From an uncultured Anaerolineaceae bacterium (GTDB lineage Bacteria; Chloroflexota; Limnocylindria; Limnocylindrales; CSP1-4): a stretch of DNA of 59,742 bases. Shown in pieces: positions 8,862-18,302 of the stretch. Under the pieces are notes generated by a model. That model was given only the letters and a program-made list of their open reading frames with translations. It did not search any database and was not told where the DNA came from. Location: contig CAYYVV010000013.1 of NCBI GenBank assembly GCA_964475245.1, positions 1 through 59,742 of the forward strand, written 5' to 3'. The translations under genes and the position numbers were made by a program. How positions within the stretch are numbered: position 1 is the first letter of the stretch; each line of letters starts with the position of its first letter.

Positions 8862-9524
8862 CTACGTGCCCGACCGGTAGCGCTGCGCCGCCTCGGCGCG
8901 GTTGCGGACGCCGAGCTTGTGCAGGATGTTGCTGACGTGCGTCTCGACCGTGCGCGGCGAGATGGTCAGCGCCTCGGCGATCTCGCGGTCGGTCAGCCCG
9001 TCGGCGAGCATCGCCAGGACGTCGTTCTCGCGCGGCGATAGACCCATCAGCTCGCCTTCCATGCCCGAGACGGACCGCCCGCGCCGCGCCGCGTCGGCGA
9101 AGTAACGGAGTGCGCGGGCGGCAAAGCGGCGCGACATCGCGAGCTCGCCGCGCTGCGTGCCGCGCAGCGAGCGCAACAGCGCCTCCGGGCTGAGGTCCTT
9201 GGTCAGGTAGCCGGCCGCGCCTCGGGCGACCGCCTCGAGAAGATCGCGCTCGGAGCTCGACACGGTCAGCATCACGATCTTGGTGTTGGGCAGGCGCGGC
9301 CCAAGCTCCTGGACGAGCTGGATGCCGTTCATGCCCGGCAGGTCGATGTCGAGCAGCAGCACGTCCGGCCTGAGCATGGGCGCCAGGGCGAGTGCCTCCT
9401 GGGCATTGCTCGCCTCGCCCACCAGCTCGACGTCCGGCGCGCTGATGGCCTGGCGCACGGCCGAGCGCACGAGCGCGTGATCGTCGACGAGCATCACGCG
9501 CAGCTTGCCATCCACCTCGCTCAT
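8862..9524 (-). CDS. NarL/LuxR-family response regulator
   Basis: REC domain (LVDDH, LLDIDLP, YLTK) plus LuxR HTH (LSPRE..VL...GLTDREIA..L.IS..TVETHVSNILHKL). Confidence 0.95.
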   Translation of the reverse strand: MSEVDGKLRVMLVDDHALVRSAVRQAISAPDVELVGEASNAQEALALAPMLRPDVLLLDIDLPGMNGIQLVQELGPRLPNTKIVMLTVSSSERDLLEAVARGAAGYLTKDLSPEALLRSLRGTQRGELAMSRRFAARALRYFADAARRGRSVSGMEGELMGLSPRENDVLAMLADGLTDREIAEALTISPRTVETHVSNILHKLGVRNRAEAAQRYRSGT

Positions 9525-11086
9525 CGCAGCTCCTCTCCGTGTACGGGGACCACCACGTCGACGGTCGTGCCGCCGCTCGGCTCCGAGATGACCCTCAGCT
9601 CACCGCCCATCAATCGTGCGCGCTCCTTCATGCCCTGCATGCCCATTCCTTCGCCGCTCGTCTGGTCGGGCCGGAAGCCGCGCCCGTTGTCGACGATCGT
9701 CAGCCGCAGCTGGCCGCCCTGGACCTCTGCGCCGACGCGAACGACGGTCGCGTCAGCATGCTTGCGAACGTTAGTCAGCGCTTCCTGTAGAACGCGCAGC
9801 AGCTCGACCTGCGTCCGTGGCGACAGTGCGGTCGGGAGGTCGGCGGCGGAGAAGTCGGCGCGCACGCCTGAACGTACCGCGAAATCGTCGATCGAGCGCG
9901 ACATCAGCTCCTCGAGCGGCCGATCGCGTTCGTCGCCCGCGCGCATCGTGACCACGGCCTGTTTCGCTTCGGCGATCGCCGAATCCAGCGCCTGGGTCAC
10001 CTCGAGCGCAAGGCCGTGCTGCTCCTCGGGGACGTAAGCCACCAGGCGCTCGTGCTTCAGCTTGGCGAACCACAGGTCCTGCGCCAGGCCGTCGTGCAGC
10101 TCCCGGGCGAGCCGGGTGCGCTCCTCGAGCGTTGCCCGCTCGGCCTCCGACAGGCGCAGCCGTTCGAGCGCGGAGTATGCGCTGCGCAGCGCGCGCAGGT
10201 CCGAGCGCGACTCGGCATTGATGCCCGCGAAAAGTACGACGAAGAAGGCCAGGCGCAGCACGTCGCTGGTGGTGACGAGGCTGGTGTAGACGCCCGGGTA
10301 GAAGTACGAGTGGATCTCAGCGAAGAAGCCGATCAGCATTGCCACGGCGAGGTAGCCGTCGGCGACGGGGCCGTCGCGCAGGTACGAGCGGCGATAGAGA
10401 GCGACACCGATCAGGAACAGGACGGCGCCAACGGCCTGGATGACGAAGGCGATGCCGCTGACATCCGGGATCGCGCCCGTGAAGCGCGGGTCCGTGATCA
10501 TCTCCTTGATGCCGGCTGGGCCGACGAACGGCGGCAACAGCGTGTCGAGATCCACGAACCCGTTCTGGATGAGGTAGACGACGAGCAGCACGATCGTGAT
10601 CACGACCGTGGGCACGAACAGCACGCGCCGGGTCCGCGGCTGGCTGCGGAACGTGCCGACGGCCGCGGCACCGCCGACCACGAGCAGGGCAGCGGCGACA
10701 AGATTCGTGAACGACGAGACGTACAGCGGCAGCTGGCCGGGCTTGGCCAGTGACAGTCCGAATTCGTCCTCGACCTTGATGACGACGGCGGCGACGTTGA
10801 GCAGCGACACCCACGCCAGGAGCGAGAAGGCGCTGGCCTGATACAGGCCGGCCAGGCGGCCGGCCTCGCGGTAGCGGGCCAGCGCCAGCGCGGCCAGCGA
10901 GCCCGCCGCGAGCACCGTCAGGGCATTGATCGCGACGTCAGCCGAGCGGTCGAGGAGGGCGAAGCTGAGCGACTTGTCGACCAGGAACGCAGCCGTCGCG
11001 CCGAGCAGCGCGAGCGCCGTCACGACGAGAACGAGGTCCAGGCGCCGGACGGCAAACCCGTCGCGCCGCTCGCGCAGCCGATCCAT
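9521..11086 (-). CDS. Membrane sensor histidine kinase (HisKA_3/HATPase_c) with multi-TM sensor domain
   Basis: ERTRLARELHDGLAQ (H box), QEALTNVRKHA, DNGRGF and GMGMQGMKER, with about 8 TM segments. Start at 11086 is supported by TATCAT 6 nt upstream. Overlaps the response regulator by 4 nt. Confidence 0.93.
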   Translation of the reverse strand: MDRLRERRDGFAVRRLDLVLVVTALALLGATAAFLVDKSLSFALLDRSADVAINALTVLAAGSLAALALARYREAGRLAGLYQASAFSLLAWVSLLNVAAVVIKVEDEFGLSLAKPGQLPLYVSSFTNLVAAALLVVGGAAAVGTFRSQPRTRRVLFVPTVVITIVLLVVYLIQNGFVDLDTLLPPFVGPAGIKEMITDPRFTGAIPDVSGIAFVIQAVGAVLFLIGVALYRRSYLRDGPVADGYLAVAMLIGFFAEIHSYFYPGVYTSLVTTSDVLRLAFFVVLFAGINAESRSDLRALRSAYSALERLRLSEAERATLEERTRLARELHDGLAQDLWFAKLKHERLVAYVPEEQHGLALEVTQALDSAIAEAKQAVVTMRAGDERDRPLEELMSRSIDDFAVRSGVRADFSAADLPTALSPRTQVELLRVLQEALTNVRKHADATVVRVGAEVQGGQLRLTIVDNGRGFRPDQTSGEGMGMQGMKERARLMGGELRVISEPSGGTTVDVVVPVHGEELR

Positions 11087-11346
11087 CTGCCGATGATAGG
11101 TTTGCCAGCGGGCCACGCTGCTCATGCCGAAAAGGCTCCTCCCCGAGCCGTTCGAAAATCAATCACCAAAGAAAAGACTAGAGCCGGACCGCGCCCCAGC
11201 GCCGATCCGGCTCCCGTCATCGCTCGTCAGCATTCACCCCGCCGTGTAAGGGTGGCGCCGAGCTGGAATATTTGGTTCGTCGCGCAAGCCTGGGCCGGCG
11301 ACAACGCATACGATGGGCCACGCCGAGTGGCGCGAACATCCGAGGA

Positions 11347-11400
11347 GCTACGGAATTGAGTACGGAGCCGCGACTCCGTACTGGCAAGCCGTACTTCAGT
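11347..11400. promoter_or_regulatory. Inverted-repeat array (TACGG/CCGTA), putative operator
   Basis: Perfect inverted repeat AGTACGGAG-ccgcga-CTCCGTACT (11359-82), flanked by further TACGG (11349) and CCGTA (11389) half-sites. Confidence 0.4.
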
Positions 11401-11457
11401 AGGCGGCACGCTAGGCCGCAAAACACCCACAACCGCTCAGTACCGCAGGGATTCTTG

Positions 11458-12408
11458 ATGCATTCCGCCCGACCGAATCGGCTTGCTCCCGAATGGAAGA
11501 TCTGGAGCGCGCTGCTGATCGTGTACGTCGTCTGGGGCTCGACCTACCTGGCGATTCGGGTCGTCGACGAGACCATGCCGCCGCTGCTTGCCGCCGGCGC
11601 ACGGCACGTTTCGGCCGGCGTGATCATCTTCGTCCTGCTCCTGATTACCAAGGGACCGGGGGCGCTGCGCCTGAGCCGCGCCGAATGGTTCGGGGCGGGC
11701 TTCGTCGGGCTGGCCCTGCTGCTCGGCGGTAACGGCCTGGTCATGCTCGGTGAGCGTGACGTGCCGAGCGGCCTCGCCGCGCTGATCATCGCGGTCGTCC
11801 CGCTCTTCGTGGTGCTGATGCGGCGCGTCTTCGGTGAGCGGGTCGCCTCAGGCACCTACGTCGGCGTGCTGGGCGGTTTCGTCGGCATGGCCGTGCTGAT
11901 CGTGCCCCACGGGCTCAGCGGCGAGACCAATGTCGTGGCCATGCTCATGCTCGTCGGCGCATCGCTCAGCTGGGCGATCGGCTCCTACTTCTCTACGCGG
12001 CTCACGCTGCCGCGCGATCCGCTCGCATCGACCGGTGCGCAGATGCTCGTCGGCGGCACGAGCCTGGCCATCGTCGGCACGCTGGCCGGCGAATGGGGCC
12101 TTGTCCAGGTCGATCGCTTCAGCACCGACTCGGTCGTCGCGCTCGTCTATCTCATCATCTTCGGCAGTGTCGTGGCCTACACCGCGTACACCTGGGTCCT
12201 GCAGCACGCGACCGTGTCGCGCGTGTCGACCTACGCCTACGTCAATCCGGTTGTCGCGATCGTCCTCGGCGCGTTGATCCTGAACGAGTCGGTCGACGTC
12301 TGGATCCTGATCGGTGCCGCCATCATCGTCGTCGCGGTGGCGCTCGTCATCCGGGCCGAGGCGAAGCGGGCACCGACCGAGGATATCGTCGAGGCCGAGG
12401 CGGGCTAG
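11458..12408 (+). CDS. EamA/DMT-family transporter (YedA-like)
   Basis: About 10 TM segments, VYVVWGSTYLAI, GGNGL, PSGLAALI and YAYVNPVVA. Confidence 0.92.
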   Translation: MHSARPNRLAPEWKIWSALLIVYVVWGSTYLAIRVVDETMPPLLAAGARHVSAGVIIFVLLLITKGPGALRLSRAEWFGAGFVGLALLLGGNGLVMLGERDVPSGLAALIIAVVPLFVVLMRRVFGERVASGTYVGVLGGFVGMAVLIVPHGLSGETNVVAMLMLVGASLSWAIGSYFSTRLTLPRDPLASTGAQMLVGGTSLAIVGTLAGEWGLVQVDRFSTDSVVALVYLIIFGSVVAYTAYTWVLQHATVSRVSTYAYVNPVVAIVLGALILNESVDVWILIGAAIIVVAVALVIRAEAKRAPTEDIVEAEAG

Positions 12409-13361
12409 CGGTCCGACAGGCTCAGGTCGGACAGGATGCTGGCCAGCTCGCGCGCGTTGGTCGAGCCGTAGTTCGCGTAGCAGTTGTTCATCAGCACGTG
12501 CAGGTCGCGGGTCTGCTTGCCCGCCTCGGCCAGCCGAGGCGCCCAGTCGGCCAGCTCCTCTCGGTCGTACAGGTAGCGGAAGCGCTCGGCGGGCGTGATG
12601 TTCTTCTTCTCCCAGTTCTCGGCGTTGCGGCCGTGGAAGCGCATCACGGCAAGATCGGGTGAGGTGACCGCGACGAGCTCGGGCACGCTCGACTTGAAGC
12701 CCTGCGGCTCGTCGACCATGACAAACGGGAGCTTGTTGTCGGTCAGGAAGCGCAACGTTCGATCGACGTTCTTGTCGTTGAACCACGAGCCGTTGCGCAG
12801 CTCGACGGCAAACGCCTGACCGCCGAGCTGCTCGCGCGCGGCCAGGATCTCGTCGCGTGACTCGGAGATCGGGAAGAACCACTTCGGGTACTGAAGCAGC
12901 ACCGAGCCGAGCTGCCCGGCCGCGCGCAGTGGCTCGAGGCCTTCGAGGAACGTGCGCCAGACCGCCTCGCGCAGCTCCGCCGGCAGGTCGCGGGCGTAGA
13001 GCCGCGGCTTGGCCGCGAGCTCGGCGGGCAGCTCGTCGCGGATCGGCTTGGGCAGCCGGCGCGTCTCGGTCGGCTGGCCGGTCATCAGCGCGTGGGCCTT
13101 GACGTCAAAGATGAAGTCGGGCGGCGTTCGCTCGCGCCACAGCTCCGAGACACGCGCAACCGGCAGGGCGTAATAGGTGGCGTCGATCTCGACGAGCGGG
13201 AATTGCGCCGCGTAGTACTGCAGGCGTTCCTCGGCCGTGTCGACGCCGCGCGGGTAGAAGACCGCTCCGGAGGTCATCGTCGGGTCCGTCCACGAGGCGG
13301 TGCCGATGCGTACCGTCGCGCCACCGCCCGGTAGCACGATCGGGTCAGCGGCAGCGGACAT
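12405..13361 (-). CDS. DUF72 (YecE-like) TIM-barrel protein
   Basis: RIGTASW, VEIDATYY, FDVKA, LLQYP, VELRN, VMVDEP and RFHGRN..RFRYLY. Confidence 0.88.
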   Translation of the reverse strand: MSAAADPIVLPGGGATVRIGTASWTDPTMTSGAVFYPRGVDTAEERLQYYAAQFPLVEIDATYYALPVARVSELWRERTPPDFIFDVKAHALMTGQPTETRRLPKPIRDELPAELAAKPRLYARDLPAELREAVWRTFLEGLEPLRAAGQLGSVLLQYPKWFFPISESRDEILAAREQLGGQAFAVELRNGSWFNDKNVDRTLRFLTDNKLPFVMVDEPQGFKSSVPELVAVTSPDLAVMRFHGRNAENWEKKNITPAERFRYLYDREELADWAPRLAEAGKQTRDLHVLMNNCYANYGSTNARELASILSDLSLSDR

Positions 13362-13670
13362 GACGCCGGCCGCGCGTTCGCCGGCGATGTCCGGGCCGGG
13401 ATCGTGTGCGTCGGGTTGGTGATTGCCTGCGCTGGCCACGGCAGTGCTCCGAATTCGTCTGGCTCGCACGGCGAATTGTCGCAGCCAGATGCGCGTCTGC
13501 CGTGCGGGAGACCGGACGATCTTCGCCTGCCTATGGGACCGAGGCGCGGGTTCCGCCCGGGCCATTGGGCGCTGACGATGGGCTGGCAATCATCCCGGCG
13601 GCGACGGCGCAATCACGTCGCGTCGCGGAAGTCGTGTCGTTCTCGTCGTCGAGAGGGAAACAGTCAGCTG

Positions 13671-15221
13671 ATGGCCTATCGCGTCGCGCCTGCCCAGCGC
13701 AGCCTTCCCGCGCCGTCCGCGGCGCGCGCAACCGCCCGGATCAAGTCGATGGTGCTCGTCTTTGGTGTCGCGCTGCTCGCGACGGTCGCCATTCCGGCCA
13801 TAACCATGGCTGCTCCGACCGTGCATCAATTCGTTGGCAGTGGCACGGCCCAGGGCGCGTGGCTGGTCCAGTTCCGAAGCGACATCGCCGATAGCGCCGC
13901 ATCCAGGCTGGTCAAGGCCATCGGCGCGACCGAGATCGGCCAGATCGACGAGATCGGCGCACATGTCCTCAGCATTCCCGTGGCCCGACAAAACCGGATC
14001 CTCTCGGCCCTCCGGCACGACCCGCGTGTCGTATCAGTCGAGCAGGACAGCGCGGACCAGGCCACGGTCGTGCCAAACGATCCGCACTGGACCCAGGCTT
14101 GGGGACCGAAGCTGGTCAATGCCCCGGCCGCCTGGAACACAAGCACGGGCAGCTCCAAGACCATCATCGCCATCGTCGACACCGGCGTCGATCCGTCACA
14201 GCCGGACCTGCGCGGACGGGTACTGCGCGGTTGGGATTTCGTCGGCAACGACGCCCACGCAAATGACGACAACGGCCACGGCACGGCCGTCGCCGGGGTT
14301 GCGGCCGCGGGAGCCGACAACGGCGTGGGCATCGTCGGCATGTGCTGGAAATGCGAGATCCTGCCGGTCAAGGTCCTCAACGCGGCGGGCAGCGGCTCGC
14401 ACTCGAACATCGCCGCGGGCATCGTCTGGGCGACCGACCACAACGCGGACGTCATCAACCTGAGCCTGGCCGGCGCGACGGAATCAGATGTGGTCGCGAA
14501 AGCGGTTGCCTACGCGCGCAATCACGGCGTCGTGGTTGTTGCCGCAGCCGGCAATGAAGGCTCGTCACAGCGCTTCTACCCAGCGGCCCTGCCGGGCGTC
14601 ATCAGCGTCGGCGCAACGTCGGGCAGTGACAACCTCTATAGCTGGTCCAACCACGGTTCGTGGGTCAAGGTGTCGGCGCCTGGTTGCGCATACACGGGAT
14701 CGACCGGGCCCATTCGCTGGACGTGGTGGTGCGGCACGTCGTTCGCGACGCCCGTCATCGCCGGCATCGCCGCCCTGATCAAGAGTGAAAGCCCGGGCCT
14801 GAGCCGTGCGCGCATCGAGTCGATCATCCTTCACAGCACGGTCAACGTGCGTGGCGTGGTCGACGGCCGGGTCGACGCGGCGCGCGCCCTGCGCGCGGCA
14901 AGCTCGGCAAACTCGGGAAGCCCGGATCCCACACCGAAGACGACGCCCACCGACACGTGGCGCGGCCACGTCGACCGAGACAGGCAGCGCGTGAGCCACT
15001 CGTTCCAACTCAGCGGAAAGGTCGACGTCTCCGTCGCCTGGTCGAGCGGCGCGACGGTGTGGGTCAGGATCGCCGATGCCAACGACGACACCGTGGCCGT
15101 GTTCCATGGCAACCACGGCCAGCTCGACTGGGACGGGTCAGTGCCGTCCGGTCGCTACACCGTAGTTGTCGGTCAGTTTGCCCACATGTCGACTACGTTC
15201 ACGGTGACGACCCGCGACTGA
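13671..15221 (+). CDS. Secreted S8 subtilisin-like serine peptidase (thermitase-like) with C-terminal beta-sandwich domain
   Basis: Signal-like segment, propeptide, catalytic triad AIVDTG / NGHGT / GTSFATP, oxyanion AAAGN, PT linker and PPC-like C-terminus. Alternative start at 13749. Confidence 0.92.
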   Translation: MAYRVAPAQRSLPAPSAARATARIKSMVLVFGVALLATVAIPAITMAAPTVHQFVGSGTAQGAWLVQFRSDIADSAASRLVKAIGATEIGQIDEIGAHVLSIPVARQNRILSALRHDPRVVSVEQDSADQATVVPNDPHWTQAWGPKLVNAPAAWNTSTGSSKTIIAIVDTGVDPSQPDLRGRVLRGWDFVGNDAHANDDNGHGTAVAGVAAAGADNGVGIVGMCWKCEILPVKVLNAAGSGSHSNIAAGIVWATDHNADVINLSLAGATESDVVAKAVAYARNHGVVVVAAAGNEGSSQRFYPAALPGVISVGATSGSDNLYSWSNHGSWVKVSAPGCAYTGSTGPIRWTWWCGTSFATPVIAGIAALIKSESPGLSRARIESIILHSTVNVRGVVDGRVDAARALRAASSANSGSPDPTPKTTPTDTWRGHVDRDRQRVSHSFQLSGKVDVSVAWSSGATVWVRIADANDDTVAVFHGNHGQLDWDGSVPSGRYTVVVGQFAHMSTTFTVTTRD

Positions 15222-15237
15222 GCGGCACCCGCCGCCG

Positions 15238-16608
15238 TCAGAAGACCTTGCCCGGGTTGAGCAGCTCGTTCGGGTCGAGCGCGTGCTTGATCGAGCGCAT
15301 CGCCTCCACGCCGCGCGCGCCGCGCTGGAGCTCGAGCCATCTCTTCTTGGCCAGGCCCGTGCCGTGCTCTCCGGTCACCGTTCCGCCCAGCTCCAGCGCG
15401 GCGCGATAGATCTCGTCGCGCGTCGCGTCGATCTTGCGCTCGGCGTCCGGGTCGTTCCGGTCGAGGACATAAGTTGGGTGCAGGTTGCCGTCGCCGGCAT
15501 GGCCGAAGATGCCGACGGGCAGCTCGTGGCGCGCGGCGATCTCGACTATCCGGTCGATCATCTCGGGCACGCGGCTGCGCGGCACGCCGACATCGTCCAT
15601 CCGCGCGGCGCCCGCTCTCTCGAGCGCGCCATGGGCGCCGCGCCGCGCCTGGCGCAGCCAGTCGGCCTCCTGCGTGTCGGCCGAGACGAGCACGGACGAG
15701 GCGCCGGCGGAGAGGCACGCCTCTTCGCCGGCCTTCAGCTCGCGCGCCGCGGCGTCGCCGCCCAGGTCCGACTCGACCATCAGCATCGCCGCGGCGCCGC
15801 GGTCCAGGCCGAGCTGGTACGCGTCGTCGACCGCGGCGATCGTGAACGCGTCCATGAGCTCGAGCGTGACCGGGCGGATGCCTGCGGCGGTGATGTTGGC
15901 CACGCCCTGGCCGGCGGCGTGGATCGACGGAAAGAACGCGATCAGGGTCAGGTTTGCCGGCGGCCTGGGCAGCAGACGCAGCGTAGCTTCGGTGATCAGG
16001 CCGAGCGTCCCCTCGGAGCCGACGAACAGCCCCGTCAGGTTGTAGCCGGCCACGTCCTTGATGTTCTTGCCACCGGTGCGGATGACGCTGCTGTCGGCCA
16101 GGACGACCTCGAGTCCGAGCACCCAGTCGCGCGTGACGCCGTACTTGACGCAGCGCAGGCCACCCGAGTTCTCGGCCAGGTTGCCTCCGATCGTGCACGT
16201 CTCGAAGCTCGCCGGATCAGGCGGATAGAGCAGCCTGTGCTCGTCGGCGGCGCGGTTGAGGTCCGCGTTGATCACGCCCGGCTGGACCGTCGCGGTCAGG
16301 TTGAGCGGGTCGATCTCGAGGATCTGGTTCATGTGCGTGAAGCACACCGTCAGGCAGCCATCGATCGCGACCGCGCCGCCTGACAAACCCGTACCAGCGC
16401 CGCGCGCCACGATCGGCACGCCGGCCGCCGTGGCGACACCGACGATCGCGACGACATCTGCGGTCGAGCGCGGAAAGCAGACTGCCCTGGGCCGGCCGGC
16501 GTGCAGGAAAGCCGTCTCATCGAAGCGGAAGCCTTCGACATCAGCCGCGTCGGACAGGACGCGCATGTCGGGCAGCGCCGCGCTCAGCTGTGCCGCGAGA
16601 TCCGCCAT
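15238..16608 (-). CDS. FAD-linked oxidase, GlcD/D-lactate dehydrogenase family
   Basis: ARGAGTGLSGGA, YPPDPAS..TCTIGGNLAENSGG, KYGVTRD, GSEGTLG, HAGDGNLH and GEHGTG. Confidence 0.92.
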   Translation of the reverse strand: MADLAAQLSAALPDMRVLSDAADVEGFRFDETAFLHAGRPRAVCFPRSTADVVAIVGVATAAGVPIVARGAGTGLSGGAVAIDGCLTVCFTHMNQILEIDPLNLTATVQPGVINADLNRAADEHRLLYPPDPASFETCTIGGNLAENSGGLRCVKYGVTRDWVLGLEVVLADSSVIRTGGKNIKDVAGYNLTGLFVGSEGTLGLITEATLRLLPRPPANLTLIAFFPSIHAAGQGVANITAAGIRPVTLELMDAFTIAAVDDAYQLGLDRGAAAMLMVESDLGGDAAARELKAGEEACLSAGASSVLVSADTQEADWLRQARRGAHGALERAGAARMDDVGVPRSRVPEMIDRIVEIAARHELPVGIFGHAGDGNLHPTYVLDRNDPDAERKIDATRDEIYRAALELGGTVTGEHGTGLAKKRWLELQRGARGVEAMRSIKHALDPNELLNPGKVF

Positions 16609-16666
16609 GCCTCAAGGCTAGACGCTCGCTGCGCGGGCCGGCCAACCGGCCCGCTCAGGTCGGTCC

Positions 16667-16680
16667 ATTGGTCAAACCAT
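16667..16680. promoter_or_regulatory. Putative FadR-subfamily (GlcC/LldR/PdhR-type) operator
   Basis: ATTGGT-CAA-ACCAT matches the TGGT-N3-ACCA core and lies about 60 bp upstream of the GlcD-like gene. Confidence 0.4.
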
Positions 16681-16768
16681 CGATGGGCTGTGGGTCCGGC
16701 GACACCCCCGTCCCGGTTGACTATGCTTGGCCTACTTTCTCGATCATATTCGTCGCCCAGGGGTCCCA

Positions 16769-17926
16769 ATGAAGATAGGTGTGGTCAAAGAGCGCGCGCC
16801 CAACGAACGACGCGTCGCCCTCGTGCCCGACGCGCTCAAATCGCTGATCGCCGCCGGTGCCGAGATCCTCGTCGAGCAGGGCGCGGGCGATAGCGCCGCG
16901 ATCCCCGATCGGCTGTACAGCGATGCCGGCGCGCGCATCGTGGCGCGCGACGAGCTGTACAAGGACGCGGACGTCATCGCCCGTGTCCAGAAGCCCGACG
17001 GCCCGGACGTCAAGTCGCTGCGCGAGGGACAGGTCGTCGTCGGCCTGCTCCAGCCGCTCATCGATCCGCAGCTGATGGCGACCCTGGCCAAGAACAAGGT
17101 CACCGCGATCAGCCTCGACGCCATTCCGCGCACGCTGTCGCGTGCCCAGTCGATGGACGTGCTCTCGTCGCAAGCGAACGTCGGCGGCTATCGGGCGGTG
17201 CTCATGGGCGCCCTCGAGTACGGCCGATACTTCCCGCTGCTGACGACCGCCGCCGGCACTGCCAAGCCGGCCAACGTGCTCATCCTGGGCATCGGCGTCG
17301 CCGGTCTGCAGTCAATCGCCACGGCGCGCCGGCTGGGTGCGATCGTCAAGGCGTATGACGTCCGCTCCGAGACCAAGGAGCAGGCCGAGTCGCTCGGCGC
17401 GCAGTTCATCGTCCTCAAGTCGGTCGCTGACGCGACCGGCGCCGGTGGCTATGCCCGGGCACTGACGCCCGAGGAGCAGGCCGCGCAGCAAGAGGAGCTG
17501 AACGGCTACATCGCCAACATGGACGTGGTCATCACCACGGCCCAGGTGCCCGGCCGTCGGCCGCCGCTGCTCGTCACGGCCAAGGCCGTCGCGGGCATGA
17601 AGCCAGGCTCGGTCATCGTCGACATGGCAGCCTCCGCGCTCGGCGGCAACGTCGAGCTCTCCAGGCCCGACGAGACGGTCGTGACCGACAACGAGGTGAC
17701 GATCGTCGCGCCGACGAACCTGCCGGCGACCATGCCGGCCGGTGCCAGCCAGTTCTACGCTCGCAACATGTCGACCTTCCTCGTCCACTTCATGAAGGAC
17801 GGGGCCATGAATTTCGACCTGACCGACGAGATCCAATCGGCGACGGTCATCACCCGCGACGGCGAAGTCGTGCAGGAGGCAACCAAGAAGCTCCTCCAGC
17901 CGGCCGCCCCGGAGGCAACAAAGTGA
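16769..17926 (+). CDS. pntA: NAD(P) transhydrogenase subunit alpha part 1 (dI)
   Basis: MKIGVVKE....ERRVALVP, RAQSMDVLSSQ, GIGVAGL and DVVITTAQVPGR. Confidence 0.95.
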   Translation: MKIGVVKERAPNERRVALVPDALKSLIAAGAEILVEQGAGDSAAIPDRLYSDAGARIVARDELYKDADVIARVQKPDGPDVKSLREGQVVVGLLQPLIDPQLMATLAKNKVTAISLDAIPRTLSRAQSMDVLSSQANVGGYRAVLMGALEYGRYFPLLTTAAGTAKPANVLILGIGVAGLQSIATARRLGAIVKAYDVRSETKEQAESLGAQFIVLKSVADATGAGGYARALTPEEQAAQQEELNGYIANMDVVITTAQVPGRRPPLLVTAKAVAGMKPGSVIVDMAASALGGNVELSRPDETVVTDNEVTIVAPTNLPATMPAGASQFYARNMSTFLVHFMKDGAMNFDLTDEIQSATVITRDGEVVQEATKKLLQPAAPEATK

Positions 17927-18300
17927 ACCCAGACCTGCTCAATGCGCTGGCGATCTTCCTGCTCGCGATCCTCGTCGGGTTCGAGGTCATCAGCAAGGTC
18001 CCGGCGACTCTGCACACGCCGCTGATGTCGGGCGCGAACTCGATCCATGGCATCGTCATGGTCGGCGCGATGCTCATCGCCGCGGCCGCTGACAACCCGT
18101 TCAGCTACGTGCTCGCGTTCATCGCCATGGTCTTTGGCGCGGCCAATGTCGTGGGCGGTTACGTCGTCACCGACCGAATGCTCCAGATGTTCCGACGGCG
18201 CGAGCCGGCGAAGGCAGCACCTGCTGTCGAGGCGGCAAGCGTTCCGGCCGGCACTCCCGGCACGGGCACCGGTGCGGCCGGCGCCGCGGAGGGCAAGTAG
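17923..18300 (+). CDS. pntA: NAD(P) transhydrogenase subunit alpha part 2 (membrane)
   Basis: ISKVPATLHTPLMSGANSIHG and NVVGGYVVTDRMLQMF. GTG start overlaps the upstream stop. Confidence 0.93.
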   Translation: MNPDLLNALAIFLLAILVGFEVISKVPATLHTPLMSGANSIHGIVMVGAMLIAAAADNPFSYVLAFIAMVFGAANVVGGYVVTDRMLQMFRRREPAKAAPAVEAASVPAGTPGTGTGAAGAAEGK

Positions 18301-18302
18301 TC

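Noticed and set aside
13362-13670. c-di-AMP or c-di-GMP riboswitch upstream of the S8 protease
   Set aside because: I found no conserved ydaO or GEMM core in this 300-bp region.
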